The notes under the pieces: generated by a model
What the model was told of the DNA's origin: nothing
Database searches by the model: none
The model's input: the letters and a program-made list of their open reading frames with translations, nothing else
From: Escherichia coli
GTDB lineage: Bacteria; Pseudomonadota; Gammaproteobacteria; Enterobacterales; Enterobacteriaceae
Reading direction: 5' to 3' (one strand)
Assembly: GCF_003018255.1 (NCBI RefSeq)
Contig: NZ_CP027440.1
Length of the DNA stretch: 64,000 nucleotides
Shown: one piece after another, positions 61,487-64,000 of the stretch
Position numbering within the stretch: position 1 is the first letter of the stretch
How the letters are laid out: every line of letters begins with the position of its first letter
Made by a program: the position numbers and the translations under genes

Positions 61487-62429
61487 TATCAGTAAGGCGA
61501 GCCTGCCTAAGGCGATTTTTTTGATGGGGCCGACGGCCTCCGGTAAAACGGCGTTAGCCATTGAGCTGCGTAAAATTTTACCAGTAGAGTTGATAAGCGT
61601 TGATTCTGCCCTTATTTACAAAGGGATGGATATCGGGACGGCGAAGCCGAACGCTGAAGAGTTACTCGCCGCGCCGCACCGATTGCTGGATATTCGCGAT
61701 CCGTCGCAGGCTTACTCGGCTGCTGATTTTCGCCGCGATGCGCTGGCGGAAATGGCCGATATCACCGCGGCGGGGCGGATCCCACTGTTAGTGGGCGGTA
61801 CGATGTTGTATTTCAAGGCATTGCTGGAAGGGTTGTCGCCGCTACCGTCGGCAGACCCGGAAGTGCGGGCCAGAATTGAGCAACAGGCGGCAGAGCAAGG
61901 TTGGGAGTCATTGCATCGTCAACTTCAGGAGGTAGATCCGGTTGCGGCAGCAAGGATTCATCCAAATGATCCACAAAGGCTTTCCCGGGCACTGGAAGTT
62001 TTTTTCATTTCGGGTAAAACTTTAACGGAACTGACGCAAACGTCAGGAGACGCTCTACCGTATCAGGTGCATCAGTTCGCCATCGCCCCGGCGAGCCGTG
62101 AACTGCTCCATCAACGAATTGAGCAGCGTTTTCATCAGATGTTGGCTTCAGGTTTTGAAGCAGAAGTCCGGGCGCTTTTTGCCCGAGGAGATTTGCATAC
62201 GGATTTGCCTTCCATTCGTTGCGTGGGTTATCGCCAGATGTGGTCTTACCTTGAAGGCGAAATCTCATACGATGAAATGGTTTATCGAGGTGTTTGCGCC
62301 ACGAGACAGTTGGCGAAGCGGCAGATAACCTGGCTGCGTGGTTGGGAAGGGGTTCACTGGCTTGACAGTGAAAAACCAGAACAAGCGCGTGACGAAGTAT
62401 TACAGGTTGTTGGTGCTATCGCAGGCTGA
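61479..62429 (+). CDS. miaA: tRNA dimethylallyltransferase MiaA
   Basis: 316 aa with P-loop GPTASGKT; overlaps the mutL stop. Confidence 0.95.
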
Positions 62430-62502
62430 ATGTGTACAATTGAGACGTATCGTGCGCAATTTTTTCAGAATCGAAAGGTTCAAAGTACAAATAAGCATAT
62501 AA

Positions 62503-62823
<321 letters not shown>

Positions 62824-62899
62824 GGTTTCGGGCTGTTTTTTTTACACGGGGAGCCAGCGATCCTGCGTTCCCCGCTGATCTATTTAGAGGGTTATACGC

Positions 62900-64000
62900 T
62901 TGTTTGACCGTTATGATGCTGGTGAGCAGGCGGTACTGGTACACATCTATTTTACGCAAGACAAAGATATGGAAGACCTCCAGGAGTTTGAATCTCTGGT
63001 CTCTTCCGCCGGTGTCGAAGCATTGCAGGTGATTACCGGTAGCCGTAAAGCGCCGCACCCAAAGTATTTTGTAGGTGAAGGTAAAGCAGTTGAAATTGCG
63101 GAAGCTGTCAAAGCGACGGGTGCTTCGGTCGTTCTTTTTGACCATGCCCTGAGCCCGGCGCAAGAGCGTAACCTGGAGCGTTTGTGCGAGTGTCGTGTTA
63201 TCGACCGCACCGGCCTTATTTTAGATATTTTCGCCCAACGTGCGCGTACCCATGAGGGTAAGTTGCAGGTTGAGCTGGCGCAGCTGCGCCATCTGGCTAC
63301 GCGCCTGGTGCGTGGCTGGACCCACCTTGAAAGACAGAAAGGCGGGATAGGTTTGCGTGGTCCGGGTGAAACCCAGCTCGAAACCGACCGTCGTTTGTTG
63401 CGTAATCGCATCGTGCAGATACAGTCGCGCCTGGAAAGAGTTGAAAAGCAGCGTGAGCAGGGGCGGCAATCGCGTATCAAAGCCGACGTTCCTACTGTTT
63501 CGCTGGTGGGATATACCAACGCCGGTAAATCTACCCTTTTCAATCGCATCACCGAAGCGCGGGTCTACGCGGCAGACCAGTTGTTTGCCACCCTCGACCC
63601 GACGTTGCGGCGTATTGACGTCGCAGATGTCGGTGAAACCGTGTTGGCAGATACCGTAGGGTTTATTCGCCACCTGCCGCACGATCTGGTGGCGGCATTT
63701 AAAGCCACGTTACAAGAGACGCGGCAAGCCACATTGCTGCTGCACGTCATTGATGCGGCGGATGTGCGTGTACAAGAAAACATCGAAGCGGTGAATACGG
63801 TTCTTGAAGAGATCGACGCTCACGAGATCCCAACCCTGCTGGTGATGAACAAGATCGATATGCTGGAAGATTTCGAACCGCGTATTGATCGGGACGAAGA
63901 GAACAAACCGATCCGTGTCTGGCTTTCCGCACAGACCGGAGCGGGGATACCACAGCTTTTTCAGGCTTTGACGGAGCGGCTTTCCGGCGAGGTGGCGCAG
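62900..64000 (+). CDS. hflX: GTPase HflX, 5' portion (continues beyond window end)
   Basis: TTG start at 62900 followed by [17 protein letters not shown]...; G1 motif GYTNAGKST; frame open to window end. Confidence 0.9.
   Translation, partial: MFDRYDAGEQAVLVHIYFTQDKDMEDLQEFESLVSSAGVEALQVITGSRKAPHPKYFVGEGKAVEIAEAVKATGASVVLFDHALSPAQERNLERLCECRVIDRTGLILDIFAQRARTHEGKLQVELAQLRHLATRLVRGWTHLERQKGGIGLRGPGETQLETDRRLLRNRIVQIQSRLERVEKQREQGRQSRIKADVPTVSLVGYTNAGKSTLFNRITEARVYAADQLFATLDPTLRRIDVADVGETVLADTVGFIRHLPHDLVAAFKATLQETRQATLLLHVIDAADVRVQENIEAVNTVLEEIDAHEIPTLLVMNKIDMLEDFEPRIDRDEENKPIRVWLSAQTGAGIPQLFQALTERLSGEVAQ

Overview
The window is an Escherichia coli chromosomal segment syntenic with the K-12 94-95 min region (yjdF-fumB-dcuBRS-ghoST-lysU-dtpC-cadCBA-pheU-dsbD-cutA-dcuA-aspA-groESL-efp-ampC-frdABCD-epmA-mscM-psd-rsgA-orn-glyVXY-queG-nnr-tsaE-amiB-mutL-miaA-hfq-hflX), all genes apparently intact. 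The only accessory material is at the left edge (1 to about 6912): the left arm of a Mu-like transposable prophage, with a cI/XRE-type repressor, operator region, Ner-like protein, MuA-like DDE transposase, MuB-like ATPase, a block of five small uncharacterised early genes (including a tandem paralog pair), a Gam homolog and one further gene running off the window. The prophage end abuts a 3' fragment of melA that runs directly into yjdF, so melB (expected here by K-12 synteny) appears to be missing. The most plausible place for undescribed biology is the small-gene block between B and gam; the core region looks ordinary. All calls rest on reading the supplied ORF translations and sequence against remembered protein families and K-12 gene order; no database search was possible.
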